NCBI GenBank assembly: GCA_045541555.1
Contig: JAZQJH010000002.1
Span: 13,616 to 77,615 of the forward strand
Reading direction: 5' to 3'
Length of the DNA stretch: 64,000 nucleotides
From: Eubacteriales bacterium
GTDB taxonomy: Bacteria; Bacillota; Clostridia; Oscillospirales; QAKW01
In this document: piece by piece, positions 29,457-40,572 of the stretch
Layout: every line of letters begins with the position of its first letter
Position numbering within the stretch: position 1 is the first letter of the stretch
Made by a program: the position numbers and the translations under genes
The notes under the pieces: generated by a model
Told to the model about the DNA's origin: nothing
The model's database searches: none
The model's input: the letters and a program-made list of their open reading frames with translations, nothing else

Positions 29457-30175
29457 ATATCTATGAGATCAAATCCATGGGCGAGCGGATCGACGGTAAT
29501 AGTTACGTAGGTCGCGGTATCGTCATCGGTAAGACCGAAAGCGGCAAGAAAGCGGCAACCGCGTATTTCATCATGGGTCGGAGCGAGAATAGCCGCAACC
29601 GTGTTTTCACCATTAAGGATGACGCTGTATTTACCGAGCCCTTTGATCCCTCTAAGGTAGAGGATCCTTCTCTCATCATCTATGCGGCGGTTCGTAATTA
29701 TGAGAACAAACTGATCGTCACCAACGGTGACCAGACTGATACCATTTGGGAAGGACTCAAGAAAGGGGAGAACTTTGCGACTGCTCTGACCACCCGTGAG
29801 TTTGAGCCGGACGCTCCCAATCTGACTCCGCGTATCAGCGGTATGATCACCTTTGGTGAAAATGACTTTACTTATGAAATGAGTATCTTGAAGAGTGCCG
29901 ATGCAGAGGGTACTGCTTGTAACCGCTATCATTTTGCTTACCCTGCTTTAAATGGGTTGGGTCACTTTATTCATACCTACGTCTGCGACGGTAATCCCAT
30001 CCCTACCTTCCAGGGCGAGCCGGAGCGTGTCAGCATCCCTGATGATATTGATGCTTTCACCCAGGATATTTGGGAAAACCTGGATGCGGATAATAAGATT
30101 TCTCTTTACGTTTGCTATACCGACCTGGGCTCCGGCGAGACCGAGACCCGGTTGATCAATAAGAATTGTAAGTGA
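29453..30175 (+). CDS. IMP cyclohydrolase, PurO-like (stand-alone)
   Basis: 240 aa from the ATG at 29453, an ATGA overlap with the purN stop. The N-terminus is NSYVGRGIVIGK, and it lies next to an AICARFT-only purH. Confidence 0.65.
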   Translation: MNIYEIKSMGERIDGNSYVGRGIVIGKTESGKKAATAYFIMGRSENSRNRVFTIKDDAVFTEPFDPSKVEDPSLIIYAAVRNYENKLIVTNGDQTDTIWEGLKKGENFATALTTREFEPDAPNLTPRISGMITFGENDFTYEMSILKSADAEGTACNRYHFAYPALNGLGHFIHTYVCDGNPIPTFQGEPERVSIPDDIDAFTQDIWENLDADNKISLYVCYTDLGSGETETRLINKNCK

Positions 30176-30185
30176 GGTGCGAAAA

Positions 30186-31370
30186 ATGAAAGAATTTGAA
30201 CTGAAATACGGCTGTAACCCTAATCAAAAGCCTGCAAAGATCTATATGAAGGACGGCAGCGAGCTGCCTATTAAGATCCTGGCAGGTCGCCCCGGGTATA
30301 TCAACTTTTTGGATGCTTTTAACTCCTGGCAGTTGGTCAAAGAACTGAAAGAGGCGCTGGGTCTGCCTGCCGCCACCTCCTTTAAGCACGTCAGCCCCAC
30401 CTCCGCCGCAGTCGGCACTAAGCTGCCGGAGAAATTGAAGAAGGCTTGCTTTGTAGATGATATTGAGGGCTTGGACGATTCTCCCTTGGCTTGCGCTTAC
30501 GCCAGAGCGCGCGGTACTGACCGGATGTGCTCCTTTGGCGATTGGGTCGCCCTTTCCGACGTCTGCGACGTGACCACCGCTAAAATGATCAAGCGCGAGA
30601 TCTCCGATGGTGTCATCGCTCCCGGTTACGAGCCCGAAGCCTTGGAGATCCTTAAAACCAAGAGAAACGGCAATTATAATATTGTAGAAATTGATCCCAA
30701 CTACCGCCCCGATCCCATCGAGACCAAGCAGGTCTATGGCATCACCTTTGAGCAGGGACGGAATGAGTTTGAGATCAATGAAGCCTTGCTTTCCAACCTG
30801 GTGACTGAGAATAAGGCGTTGCCCGATAGTGCAAAACGTGACCTGATCGTGGCACTCATTACCTTGAAATATACCCAGTCCAACTCTGTCTGCTATGCAG
30901 TAGATGGTCAGGCAATCGGCGTCGGCGCCGGTCAGCAGTCCAGAATTCACTGCACCCGTCTTGCCGGTACCAAAGCAGATACCTGGCAGCTTCGTCAGCA
31001 CGATAAGGTGCTGAACCTGCCCTTTAAGGCTGACCTCAGCCGTCCCGACCGGGATAACGTCATTGACGGTTATATTAATAAAAATGAAGAGGACGTCTGC
31101 AAGGACGGCATCTGGCAGAAGTACTTCACCGAGCAGCCGGAGCCCCTCACCAACGAAGAGGCTGCCGCTTATCTGGCTTCCCTCAGCGGCGTAGCCCTGG
31201 GCAGCGATGCATTCTTCCCCTTCGACGATAATATTGAGCGCGCCAAGAAGAGCGGTGTTTCTTATATTGCCGAGCCCGGCGGTTCTATTCGTGACGATAT
31301 TGTCATCGAGTGCTGCAATAAGTACGGCATCGCCATGGCCTTTACCGGTATGCGTTTGTTCCATCATTAA
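30186..31370 (+). CDS. purH: AICAR formyltransferase (PurH AICARFT domain only, no MGS/IMPCH domain)
   Basis: 394 aa, YGCNPNQKPA...AVDGQAIGVGAGQQSRIHCTRLA...IAEPGGSIRD. Confidence 0.8.
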   Translation: MKEFELKYGCNPNQKPAKIYMKDGSELPIKILAGRPGYINFLDAFNSWQLVKELKEALGLPAATSFKHVSPTSAAVGTKLPEKLKKACFVDDIEGLDDSPLACAYARARGTDRMCSFGDWVALSDVCDVTTAKMIKREISDGVIAPGYEPEALEILKTKRNGNYNIVEIDPNYRPDPIETKQVYGITFEQGRNEFEINEALLSNLVTENKALPDSAKRDLIVALITLKYTQSNSVCYAVDGQAIGVGAGQQSRIHCTRLAGTKADTWQLRQHDKVLNLPFKADLSRPDRDNVIDGYINKNEEDVCKDGIWQKYFTEQPEPLTNEEAAAYLASLSGVALGSDAFFPFDDNIERAKKSGVSYIAEPGGSIRDDIVIECCNKYGIAMAFTGMRLFHH

Positions 31371-31385
31371 TTAAGGAGTAGAAAT

Positions 31386-32657
31386 ATGAAATTACTGGTT
31401 GTCGGCGGCGGTGGCCGCGAGCACGCCATTATTAAGAAACTGAAAGAAAATCCGTCGGTGGAGGAGATCTTTGCTCTCCCCGGTAACGGCGGTATGGCAG
31501 GGGATGCCACCCTGGTGCCCATCGGTGCCAAGGAGATTGAGAAGATTGTGGAGTTTGCCAAGGAGCAGAAGATCGATTATGCCGTCGTGGCACCGGATGA
31601 TCCTCTGGTATTGGGCTGTGTGGATGCTTTGAACGAGATTGGCATCCCATGCTTTGGCCCTAAGGCAAATGCCGCGATCATCGAGGGAAGTAAGGTCTTT
31701 TCGAAAGACTTGATGAAGAAATACGGAATACCCACCGCCGCTTACGAGGTCTTTACCGACTGTAAAGAGGCACTGAAATATTTAGAGACCGCTCCCATTC
31801 CAACCGTTATTAAGGCGGATGGTCTGGCTTTGGGTAAAGGCGTGATCATCGCCGAGACCCGGGATGCCGCTTTTGAGGCGGTGCGCTCCATGATGGAGGA
31901 TCAGGTCTTTGGCGCCAGCGGCAGCCGGGTTGTAATTGAAGAATTTCTCACCGGTCCCGAGGTCTCCGTTCTCTCCTTTACCGATGGCGAGACGGTGGTT
32001 CCCATGATCTCTTCCATGGATCATAAACGCGCTTTGGACGGAGATCAAGGCCTGAATACCGGCGGTATGGGTACGGTTGCACCGAATCCCTATTATACGC
32101 CTGCCATTGCCGCAGAGTGTATGGAAAAAATCTTTCTGCCGACCATCAAGGCGATGAAGGCGGAGGGACGTCCCTTTAAAGGCTGCCTCTATTTTGGCTT
32201 GATGCTGACCCCGGGCGGCCCCAAGGTTATTGAATATAACTGCCGTTTCGGCGATCCCGAGACCCAGGTGGTATTGCCCCTTTTGGAAAGCGATCTGCTG
32301 ACCGTGATGCAGGCGACTACCAACGGTACTTTAGCGGAAACTGAAGTGAAATTCAGCGAAAAGCACGCCTGCTGCGTGGTGATGGCCTCCAATGGCTATC
32401 CCGGTAAGTATGAGACCGGCTTTGAACTTAAAATCCCGGCAGAGATTGCCGGCGACGTCTTTGTGGCAGGTGCAAAGCTGGAGGGGGATAAGCTGCTCAC
32501 CGCCGGCGGTCGTGTATTAGGAGCGACGGCTGTAGCGGATACCTTGGAAAAAGCGATTGCCGCGGCTTATGAGAAAGCAGAAAAGATCGAATTCAAGAAC
32601 GCTTTTTATCGTCGGGACATCGGAAAGCGGGCCATGCTCGCCGGAAAGGAGAACTGA
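31386..32657 (+). CDS. purD: Phosphoribosylamine--glycine ligase
   Basis: MKLLVVGGGGREHAI...ATP-grasp...EYNCRFGDPETQ. Confidence 0.9.
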   Translation: MKLLVVGGGGREHAIIKKLKENPSVEEIFALPGNGGMAGDATLVPIGAKEIEKIVEFAKEQKIDYAVVAPDDPLVLGCVDALNEIGIPCFGPKANAAIIEGSKVFSKDLMKKYGIPTAAYEVFTDCKEALKYLETAPIPTVIKADGLALGKGVIIAETRDAAFEAVRSMMEDQVFGASGSRVVIEEFLTGPEVSVLSFTDGETVVPMISSMDHKRALDGDQGLNTGGMGTVAPNPYYTPAIAAECMEKIFLPTIKAMKAEGRPFKGCLYFGLMLTPGGPKVIEYNCRFGDPETQVVLPLLESDLLTVMQATTNGTLAETEVKFSEKHACCVVMASNGYPGKYETGFELKIPAEIAGDVFVAGAKLEGDKLLTAGGRVLGATAVADTLEKAIAAAYEKAEKIEFKNAFYRRDIGKRAMLAGKEN

Positions 32658-32658
32658 A

Positions 32659-35600
32659 ATGGTATATCGTATTTATGTTGAAAAGAAACCGGAGCTTGCT
32701 AATGAAGCCCGGGATCTGCACAATGAAGTGCGCAATATTCTGCAGATCAAATCCCTTGAAAAGGTGCGGGTGATCAATCGCTATGATGTGGAGAATATTG
32801 AAAAAGAATTGTTTGATTATGCGGTTGGTACGGTCTTCTCCGAGCCGCAGTTGGATATTACTTCAACCGAACTGAATGGGGAAGGTGCCACGGTTTTTGC
32901 CGTAGAGCCCTTGCCCGGTCAGTTCGATCAGCGCGCTGATTCAGCTGCCCAGTGTATTCAGATCATCTCTCAGGGGGATCGTCCTACCGTTAAGACGGCT
33001 AAAGTATATTTGCTTTACGGCAATCTGACCGCTGAGGAACTGGATACCATCAAAAAGAGCGTTATCAACCCGGTAGAATCCCGGGAAGCAAGCCTGGAAA
33101 TGCCGGCTACCTTGAAGACCGAGTATGCCATTCCGGAGACCGTCGCAACCTTGGATGGCTTTTTGAAGCTGGATGAGAAGGGGCTTGCTGATTTTGTGGC
33201 AACCTATGGCCTTGCCATGGATTGCGATGATATCGCGTTCTGTCAGGCGTATTTCCAAAAGGAGGGGAGAGATCCCACCATTACGGAGATCCGCATGATC
33301 GATACCTATTGGTCCGATCATTGCCGTCATACTACCTTCTTGACCACCATTGATGACGTCAAATTCGAGGATGAACTGCTGCAGAAGGCCTATGACGATT
33401 ATATCGCGACCCGTAAGGAGCTGGGGCGTACCAAGCCCATCAATCTGATGGATATCGGTACTTTGGCTGCCAAGTATCTCAAGAAGATCGGCAAGCTGGA
33501 TAAGCTGGACGAATCGGAGGAGATCAACGCCTGTACCGTAAAGATCGAGGTGGAAGCCGATGGCGTCAAGGAGCCTTGGCTGCTGCTCTTTAAGAATGAG
33601 ACCCATAATCATCCTACCGAGATCGAGCCCTTCGGCGGTGCGGCCACCTGCATCGGTGGTGCCATCCGCGATCCCTTGTCCGGTCGTTCCTACGTCTATG
33701 GCGCAATGCGCGTCACCGGTGCGGCGGATCCCTTGAAGCCCATTAAAGAAACCTTGGAGGGTAAGCTTCCCCAGCGTAAGATCGTGACCACTGCGGCTGC
33801 CGGTTATTCCTCTTATGGTAACCAGATTGGTCTGGCTACCGGTATCGTCGATGAATTGTATCACGACGGCTATGCCGCCAAGAGAATGGAGATCGGTGCC
33901 GTAGTGGGTGCCGCTCCTCAGGAGAACGTTCGCCGCGAGTGCCCCGCACCCGGTGACGTGGTCATCCTGCTGGGCGGTCGCACCGGCCGTGACGGTTGCG
34001 GCGGTGCCACCGGTTCTTCTAAATCCCATACGCTGAAATCTTTGGAAAACTGCGGTGCTGAGGTGCAGAAGGGAAATGCCCCCGAGGAACGCAAGCTGCA
34101 ACGTCTTTTCCGTAATAAAGATGCCTGCCGCATGATCAAGCGGTGTAATGACTTTGGTGCCGGCGGTGTTTCGGTCGCTATTGGTGAGCTGGCGGACGGT
34201 CTGCATATCGACCTTAACGCTGTTCCTAAGAAATACGACGGCCTGGATGGCACCGAACTGGCCATCAGCGAGTCCCAGGAGCGTATGGCAGTCGTGGTAG
34301 AGCCGGAGAACGTGGAGCGTTTTATCGCCCTGGCGGATAGCGAGAACTTAGAGGCCACCGTTGTGGCAAAGGTTCAGGCAGATCCTCGCTTGGTGATGGA
34401 ATGGAACGGCAAGGTGATCGTGGATATCAGCCGCGAATTTCTGAATTCCAACGGCGCGGAGAAGCATATCTCCATCGCTCCTGCCGCTCCCAAGTGTTAT
34501 AAAAAGGAAGTCGGTACTGATTTTGCGGAAGAACTCAAGAAATTGGCGGGCGATCTGAACGTCTGCTCCAAGCGCGGTCTTTCCGAGCGTTTTGACTCTA
34601 CCATCGGTGCCGGCGGTGTGCTGATGCCCTTTGGCGGTAAATATCAGCAGACCCCTGTTCAGGCGATGGTACAGCTGATCTCCATGGAGAAGAAGCATAC
34701 CGACGACGTTTCCATGATGGCTTGGGGTTATAATCCATTTGTTACCGAAAAGAGCCCTTATCACGGTGCTTATCTTGCCGTTGTAGAATCTGTTGCAAAA
34801 TTGATTGCCACCGGCGCAAAGTTCGAGGACGTCTATCTGACTTTCCAGGAATACTTTGAGCGTCCCGGTAAAGATGCCAAGCGTTGGGGCAAGCCCCTGG
34901 CGGCTCTTTTAGGTGCCTTTGAGGCGCAGAAGGAGCTGGGCATTGCCGCCATCGGCGGTAAGGACTCCATGAGCGGTACCTTTGAAGATCTGGACGTTCC
35001 GCCCACCTTGGTTTCTTTTGCGGTGACCACCGGTAAGACCTCCGAAGTCACCCCCAACTATTTCAAAAAAGCCGGGAATAAGGTCGTTCTCCTTGCACCG
35101 GATTATAATGAGGATCACCTGCCCGATACCAAGTCTCTCCTGGCAGTCTTTGATCAGGCCTACACTCTCTTGCAGAGCGGCAAGGCTGTGACGGCTTATA
35201 CCCTCGGTCTCGGCGGCATTGCTGAGGCGGTCATGAAGATGAGCTTCGGTGAGGGCTTGGGCTTCAAGTTTGAAGAGCTGCCCATGGACACCCTTTTTGG
35301 CTACAATTACGGTGCATTCCTTTTGGAGGTCACCGAGGACGTGGAGGGTACGCTGGTCGGTACTATTACCGATGACGGTGCCTTTACCTACGGTGCGGCT
35401 GCAGTACAGCTGGACGAACTGCAAAAGATCTATGAAGATAAGCTGGAGAGCGTTTATAGCTGTAATATCACCCATGGTGAACAGCCGATGGAGACCTTCT
35501 CTTATGAAGCCAAGGAACGAGTAGCGCCTGCCATTAAGGTGGCCAGCCCCAAGGTTCTGATCCCGGTATTCCCCGGTACTAACTGTGAATTTGATAGTGC

Positions 35601-36345
35601 GCGCGCGATGCGTGACGCTGGTGCGGATGCAAAGATCCTGGTGATTAATAACCGCTCTGCTGAGGGTATTACCCGTAGCGTTGAGCAGTTCGCGGAAGAA
35701 TTGAAGACGGCGCAGATGATCTTCGTTCCCGGCGGATTCTCCGGCGGCGACGAGCCGGACGGCTCCGGTAAGTTCATTACCGCGTTCTTCCGGAATGCGG
35801 CAATTCGCGAAGGGGTTACCGATCTTTTGGAAAACCGCGACGGCTTGATGCTGGGTATCTGCAATGGCTTCCAGGCTCTTATTAAGTTGGGTCTGGTGCC
35901 CTACGGCAAGATCATTGATACCGATGAGCATTGCCCCACCTTGACCTTTAATACCATCGCCCGTCACCAGTCCAGACTGGTGCGTACCCGCATCGCTTCC
36001 AATAAGTCTCCTTGGCTTGCGGCAACGAATGTGGGAGATGTCTATACCGTGCCCATCTCCCATGGTGAGGGTCGTTTCTTGGCAGATGAGAAGTTGATCC
36101 GTGAGCTGGCCGCCAACGGTCAGATCGCCACTCAGTACGTGGACTTTGACGGAAATGCTACCTCCGATATTCATTTCAATCCCAATGATTCCTGCTTCGC
36201 CATCGAGGGTATTACCTCTCCGGACGGCCGCGTCTTTGGTAAGATGGGCCACTCCGAGCGTATCGGTAAAAACCTTTATAAGAATGTCATCGGTGCGTAC
36301 GATATGCAGATGTTCCGTTCTGCGGTAGAATATTTTAAAAAATAA
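32659..36345 (+). CDS. purL: Phosphoribosylformylglycinamidine synthase, single-chain large type
   Basis: 1228 aa from the ATG at 32659. It has a central FGAM synthetase domain (NHPTEIEPFGGAATCIGGAIRD) and a C-terminal glutaminase (GICNGFQAL...SHGEGRF). Confidence 0.9.
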   Translation: MVYRIYVEKKPELANEARDLHNEVRNILQIKSLEKVRVINRYDVENIEKELFDYAVGTVFSEPQLDITSTELNGEGATVFAVEPLPGQFDQRADSAAQCIQIISQGDRPTVKTAKVYLLYGNLTAEELDTIKKSVINPVESREASLEMPATLKTEYAIPETVATLDGFLKLDEKGLADFVATYGLAMDCDDIAFCQAYFQKEGRDPTITEIRMIDTYWSDHCRHTTFLTTIDDVKFEDELLQKAYDDYIATRKELGRTKPINLMDIGTLAAKYLKKIGKLDKLDESEEINACTVKIEVEADGVKEPWLLLFKNETHNHPTEIEPFGGAATCIGGAIRDPLSGRSYVYGAMRVTGAADPLKPIKETLEGKLPQRKIVTTAAAGYSSYGNQIGLATGIVDELYHDGYAAKRMEIGAVVGAAPQENVRRECPAPGDVVILLGGRTGRDGCGGATGSSKSHTLKSLENCGAEVQKGNAPEERKLQRLFRNKDACRMIKRCNDFGAGGVSVAIGELADGLHIDLNAVPKKYDGLDGTELAISESQERMAVVVEPENVERFIALADSENLEATVVAKVQADPRLVMEWNGKVIVDISREFLNSNGAEKHISIAPAAPKCYKKEVGTDFAEELKKLAGDLNVCSKRGLSERFDSTIGAGGVLMPFGGKYQQTPVQAMVQLISMEKKHTDDVSMMAWGYNPFVTEKSPYHGAYLAVVESVAKLIATGAKFEDVYLTFQEYFERPGKDAKRWGKPLAALLGAFEAQKELGIAAIGGKDSMSGTFEDLDVPPTLVSFAVTTGKTSEVTPNYFKKAGNKVVLLAPDYNEDHLPDTKSLLAVFDQAYTLLQSGKAVTAYTLGLGGIAEAVMKMSFGEGLGFKFEELPMDTLFGYNYGAFLLEVTEDVEGTLVGTITDDGAFTYGAAAVQLDELQKIYEDKLESVYSCNITHGEQPMETFSYEAKERVAPAIKVASPKVLIPVFPGTNCEFDSARAMRDAGADAKILVINNRSAEGITRSVEQFAEELKTAQMIFVPGGFSGGDEPDGSGKFITAFFRNAAIREGVTDLLENRDGLMLGICNGFQALIKLGLVPYGKIIDTDEHCPTLTFNTIARHQSRLVRTRIASNKSPWLAATNVGDVYTVPISHGEGRFLADEKLIRELAANGQIATQYVDFDGNATSDIHFNPNDSCFAIEGITSPDGRVFGKMGHSERIGKNLYKNVIGAYDMQMFRSAVEYFKK

Positions 36346-36358
36346 GGAGTATTGAATC

Positions 36359-38035
36359 ATGGCTTATTTGAGCGATATTGAAATTGCGCAGCAATGTAAA
36401 ATGAAGCCCATCTCCGAAATTGCCAAGGTTGCTCACGTGGACGAAGATTACCTGGAGCACTACGGCAAATATAAAGCAAAGATCGATCTTTCTCTTTTGA
36501 ATGAAGAGGGAAGACAGAACGGAAAATTGATCCTGGTGACGGCTATTACCCCCACCCCTGCCGGGGAGGGTAAGACCACCACCACCATCGGCCTTGCTGA
36601 CGGTCTCCGCCGTATCGGCAAGGACGTTACCGTCGCATTGCGAGAGCCTTCCTTGGGCCCTGTTTTTGGCATCAAGGGCGGTGCCGCCGGCGGTGGCTAC
36701 GCGCAGGTCGTGCCGATGGAGGACATTAACCTCCATTTTACCGGTGACTTCCATGCCATCGGTGCTGCCAATAACCTGTTGGCCGCCATGCTGGATAACC
36801 ATATTCAGCAGGGTAACGAGTTGGGGATCGACGTTAAGAAGATCACCTGGAAGCGTTGCGTGGATATGAACGACCGCCAGCTTCGCAACGTCATTGACGG
36901 CCTGGGCGGCAGAATGCAGGGCGTGCCTCGTGAGGACGGTTTTGATATTACCGTTGCCAGCGAGATCATGGCAGTTCTTTGCCTTTCCGGCGGTATTATC
37001 GATCTGAAGGAGCGCCTTGCGCGGATCATCGTCGGTTATACCTACGACGATCAGCCGGTAACCTGCGGTCAGCTTAATGCCCAGGGTGCCATGGCGGCTC
37101 TTCTGAAGGATGCCATCAAACCGAATCTGGTGCAGACCTTGGAAGGTACGCCCGCCTTTGTCCATGGCGGTCCTTTTGCCAATATCGCCCATGGCTGTAA
37201 CTCCGTGATCGCCACCAAGATGGCGATGAAGATGGGGGATTACACGGTGACCGAAGCCGGCTTCGGCGCAGATCTGGGCGCTGAGAAGTTTCTGGATATC
37301 AAGTGCCGGATGGCAGGTCTTACCCCCGATGCCGTCGTGATGGTGGCCACCATTCGTGCGCTTAAGATGCATGGCGGTCTTGCGAAGACCGAGCTGGGTA
37401 ATGAGGATCTGGCGGCTCTGGAGCGCGGCGTTCCCAATCTTTTGCGCCACGTTTCCAATATTAAGAACGTCTATAAGCTGCCTTGCGTGGTGGCAGTCAA
37501 CCGTTTCCCCACCGATACCGATGCGGAGATTGATTTCCTTATTGAAAAATGTAAGGAACTGGGCGTCAACGTGGTGCTTTCCACCGTTTGGGCCGAAGGT
37601 GGCAAGGGCGGCGAAGCGCTGGCGCGTGAAGTGGTTCGTCTTTGCGAGGAGGAGAAGGGCGACTTCACCTTCAGCTATGAGGATGATACCACCATCGCCG
37701 AAAAGATCGAAGCCATCGTCAAGAAGGTCTACGGCGGCGACGGCGTCAATATTCTGCCCGCTGTCCAAAAGCAGATCGACCGCCTGACAGAGTTGGGATA
37801 TGGAAATCTGCCTGTCTGTATGGCTAAGACTCAGTATAGCTTCTCTGATGATCCCACCAAGCTGGGTGCTCCCGAGGGCTTTACGGTTACGGTTCGAAAC
37901 GTCAAGATCTCTGCCGGTGCCGGCTTTATCGTCGCATTGACCGGCGATATTATGACCATGCCCGGTCTGCCCAAGCGTCCTGCTGCTGAGCGGATCGACG
38001 TGGATGAAAACGGTGTCATCACCGGCTTGTTCTAA
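36359..38035 (+). CDS. fhs: Formate--tetrahydrofolate ligase
   Basis: [16 protein letters not shown] and overall FTHFS-like sequence. Confidence 0.95.
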   Translation: MAYLSDIEIAQQCKMKPISEIAKVAHVDEDYLEHYGKYKAKIDLSLLNEEGRQNGKLILVTAITPTPAGEGKTTTTIGLADGLRRIGKDVTVALREPSLGPVFGIKGGAAGGGYAQVVPMEDINLHFTGDFHAIGAANNLLAAMLDNHIQQGNELGIDVKKITWKRCVDMNDRQLRNVIDGLGGRMQGVPREDGFDITVASEIMAVLCLSGGIIDLKERLARIIVGYTYDDQPVTCGQLNAQGAMAALLKDAIKPNLVQTLEGTPAFVHGGPFANIAHGCNSVIATKMAMKMGDYTVTEAGFGADLGAEKFLDIKCRMAGLTPDAVVMVATIRALKMHGGLAKTELGNEDLAALERGVPNLLRHVSNIKNVYKLPCVVAVNRFPTDTDAEIDFLIEKCKELGVNVVLSTVWAEGGKGGEALAREVVRLCEEEKGDFTFSYEDDTTIAEKIEAIVKKVYGGDGVNILPAVQKQIDRLTELGYGNLPVCMAKTQYSFSDDPTKLGAPEGFTVTVRNVKISAGAGFIVALTGDIMTMPGLPKRPAAERIDVDENGVITGLF

Positions 38036-38037
38036 GA

Positions 38038-38076
38038 TAAAAAACAGAGCGATAAGGATTCTTATCGCTCTGTTTT
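38038..38076 (+). terminator. Hairpin terminator after fhs
   Basis: aacagagcgataag-gattc-ttatcgctctgtt followed by a short T-run. Confidence 0.6.
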
Positions 38077-38091
38077 AGTAAGGAGAAATAT

Positions 38092-39469
38092 ATGAATATT
38101 TGTGTATCGAAAAACTCCGAAACTATGCTTTATGCCGCGGAAGAATTGCAGAAGTATCTTTTGATGATGGATGAAAGCCTTTCCGATGAGGTAGGCATTG
38201 TCTTGTCTATAAAAGAGTATGAGGGAATTGATCCGATGGTGGAGGACATCATCGAGATCGATATTGAAAAGATGAAGGGTACCATCGCCGGCAGTAATGA
38301 GTGAAGCGTCCTGATGGGCGTTTATAACCTTTTGAAATCTGCCGGCTGTATGTGGGTACGTCCCGGCAAGCTGGGTGAATATATTCCTCAAAAGCTGATG
38401 GCTGACCATAGCTGCAAATTCTATAAAAAAGCCGACTGCGATTTCCGCGGCGAATGCATTGAGGGTGCGCCCAGCCTGGAGAACGTGGTGGAGACAGTGG
38501 AGTTTCTGCCTAAGATCAATGCCAATCTCTTTATGATGGAATATATCGTGCCGTTTAACTATATCAGCCGTTGGACAATGCATGAAAAAATCCTTATAAA
38601 GAGGATGAAGGCGTTACCTTTGAGGAGGCCGGAGAATTGGTTCATAAGATCGAGATGGCCATCAAGAAATGCGGACTTCAGCTTCATTCCTTGGGGCATG
38701 ACTACCTCTTTGAACCTTACGGCTTATCCTATCGCACCAGAGCGGACGCTTATTACCCCTCAGACGCCACCACCGGCCGTGACCGCTTGAATATCATTTC
38801 TGGCTGGATCATTATTGTGATCCCGGCTATATGCACTTTGCCAAGAATATCTATGAGGACGCCCGTAGTATTTCCGATATTGGATTTAATGGCGTTATGG
38901 ACGATAAGACCCAGCGCTCGTATTTTCCCACCGGCCTGCCGATGGCAGTTTACGGCGAAACCCTCTTTGATCAGAGCTTGGATCTGGATGCCTTTACGGA
39001 CTGTTATTTTGAAAAGGCTTTTGGAAAAGACGGCAAAGCGGTAAGAGCTTATCTAGAAAAGATGAGCGCCATCTTTGGTCCCGATGAGCTTCGAATCGGT
39101 GACGACGTCGTGGGGGCGGATACTGGTACCGGCGGTGAACTGTTGCGGCAGGGCTTTGTGGGGAAGGAAGAAACGGTGACCCGGATCTCTGCCATCTTTG
39201 ACTGCTTGGATGCGTTTAAAGCCATCATTGAGCGGGATCGCTCTGACGAGCCTGCCTGTGTGCAGGAATCCTGGCGGATCCTTAAGTGGCATCAGGAATA
39301 CTGCCGTTTGTATGCCGAGGTATTTATTGCTCTGGGTAAAGCGGATAAAGAGCTCGCGCGCAAAAAGGTAAACGCTATGGAGGACTGGATGGCTAAAAAT
39401 GAGGATGAATTCCAACCGTACTTAGATCTTGTGATCTGCACCCAGAAATTAGAGCGTATGCTGAAATAG
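38092..39469 (+). pseudogene. Decayed gene (tentatively DUF4838/glycoside-hydrolase-like) with one in-frame TGA and at least two frameshifts
   Basis: Four consecutive ORF fragments (38092-38304, 38314-38790, 38637-39044, 38831-39469) read as one protein. The first two share a frame and are split by a TGA at 38302-38304. The later fragments are in the other two frames. Confidence 0.6.
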
Positions 39470-39657
39470 TATATATGGAGGATCGGGATAAGTTTCGTTT
39501 TAGCAGTGTTTCTCATGAAGCGTTTTTACTTTACAGATAATGGGAAACGGAATTTTTAATAGAGTTTAATTAGAATAAATTAATTTCGTTGACTTTCTAT
39601 AATGGAGCAATATATAATCAAAATAGTATGAGTCTTCTATTGATTGAAAGGTTGCTT

Positions 39658-40494
39658 ATGAAGAAAATTAAAATTGTAACGGATTCTGCCGCTGATCTTT
39701 TGCGGTTAGACGAGGTGGATTTTGCCTCTGCTCCGCTCAAGATCATCACAGACGAAAAAGAATATACGGACGATGCTCAATTAAACGTGCAGGAAATGGT
39801 AGAGGATCTTTCTCGGTATAAAGGACGTTCCTCTACTTCATGCCCCAGTGCGGGAGATTGGTTGGATGCGTTCGGTGATGCGGAAGAGATTTATTGCGTG
39901 ACGATCACCGGAACCCTTTCCGGCAGTTATAATGCTGCTATGCTGGCAAAATCTACCTATGAGGAGCAGTATCCGGATCGCCGGGTGTTTGTGTTGAATT
40001 CTCTTTCGGCAGGGCCGGAGATCGCGTTGATGATCCAAAAGATCCGCGAGCTGGTTCTTTCGGGGGAGCGTTTTGATTCAATATGCCGAACTGTCACGGA
40101 ATATGCAAAGAAAACTGCCCTTCTTTTCATGCTGGAATCTATGAAAAACCTTGCTAATAACGGACGGGTCAGCCCTTTGGTGGCAAAGATGGCGGGTCTA
40201 TTGGGAATTCGGGTCGTCGGCAAGGCCAGTGATCGGGGAGACCTGGAGCCGCTGAATAAGTGCCGGGGCGAACTGAAAGCATTAGAGACTATCGTCGGCC
40301 ATCTGCGTGAAATGGGCTTGAAAAAAGGAAAGGTGCGCATCGCTCATTGCTTCAATGAGGATGCGGCTCGCAAGCTGAAAGAGATGATTCTTGCAGAGTT
40401 TTCGCAGGCAAAGATCGAGATATTCGCCTGCAGAGGTCTTTGCAGCTTCTATGCAGAAAAAGGCGGTATGCTTATCGGCTTTGAACGCGATTAA
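39658..40494 (+). CDS. DegV family fatty-acid-binding protein
   Basis: MKKIKIVTDSAADL...TSCPSAGDW...ITGTLSGSYNAA. Confidence 0.85.
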   Translation: MKKIKIVTDSAADLLRLDEVDFASAPLKIITDEKEYTDDAQLNVQEMVEDLSRYKGRSSTSCPSAGDWLDAFGDAEEIYCVTITGTLSGSYNAAMLAKSTYEEQYPDRRVFVLNSLSAGPEIALMIQKIRELVLSGERFDSICRTVTEYAKKTALLFMLESMKNLANNGRVSPLVAKMAGLLGIRVVGKASDRGDLEPLNKCRGELKALETIVGHLREMGLKKGKVRIAHCFNEDAARKLKEMILAEFSQAKIEIFACRGLCSFYAEKGGMLIGFERD

Positions 40495-40532
40495 AAAACG
40501 GCTTGCTTGCAAGCCGTTTTCTGATAAGCTTT

Positions 40533-40567
40533 TAAAAAAGAAAAAAGACACGCAGGGTGTCTTTTTC
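40533..40567 (-). terminator. Intrinsic terminator after tRNA(CAU)
   Basis: aagacac-gcagg-gtgtctt, with a T-run on the minus strand. Confidence 0.65.
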
Positions 40568-40572
40568 ATATA

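Noticed and set aside
27809-37768. Series of long minus-strand ORFs (27809-28969, 30156-31367, 32941-34206, 34909-36360, 36335-37768).
   Set aside because: All are antisense to well-supported purM, purH, purL and fhs genes and are low-complexity.
38302-38304. The in-frame TGA as selenocysteine or programmed read-through.
   Set aside because: The same gene carries additional frameshifts downstream, and there is no obvious SECIS-like hairpin right after the TGA. Decay is the simpler explanation.
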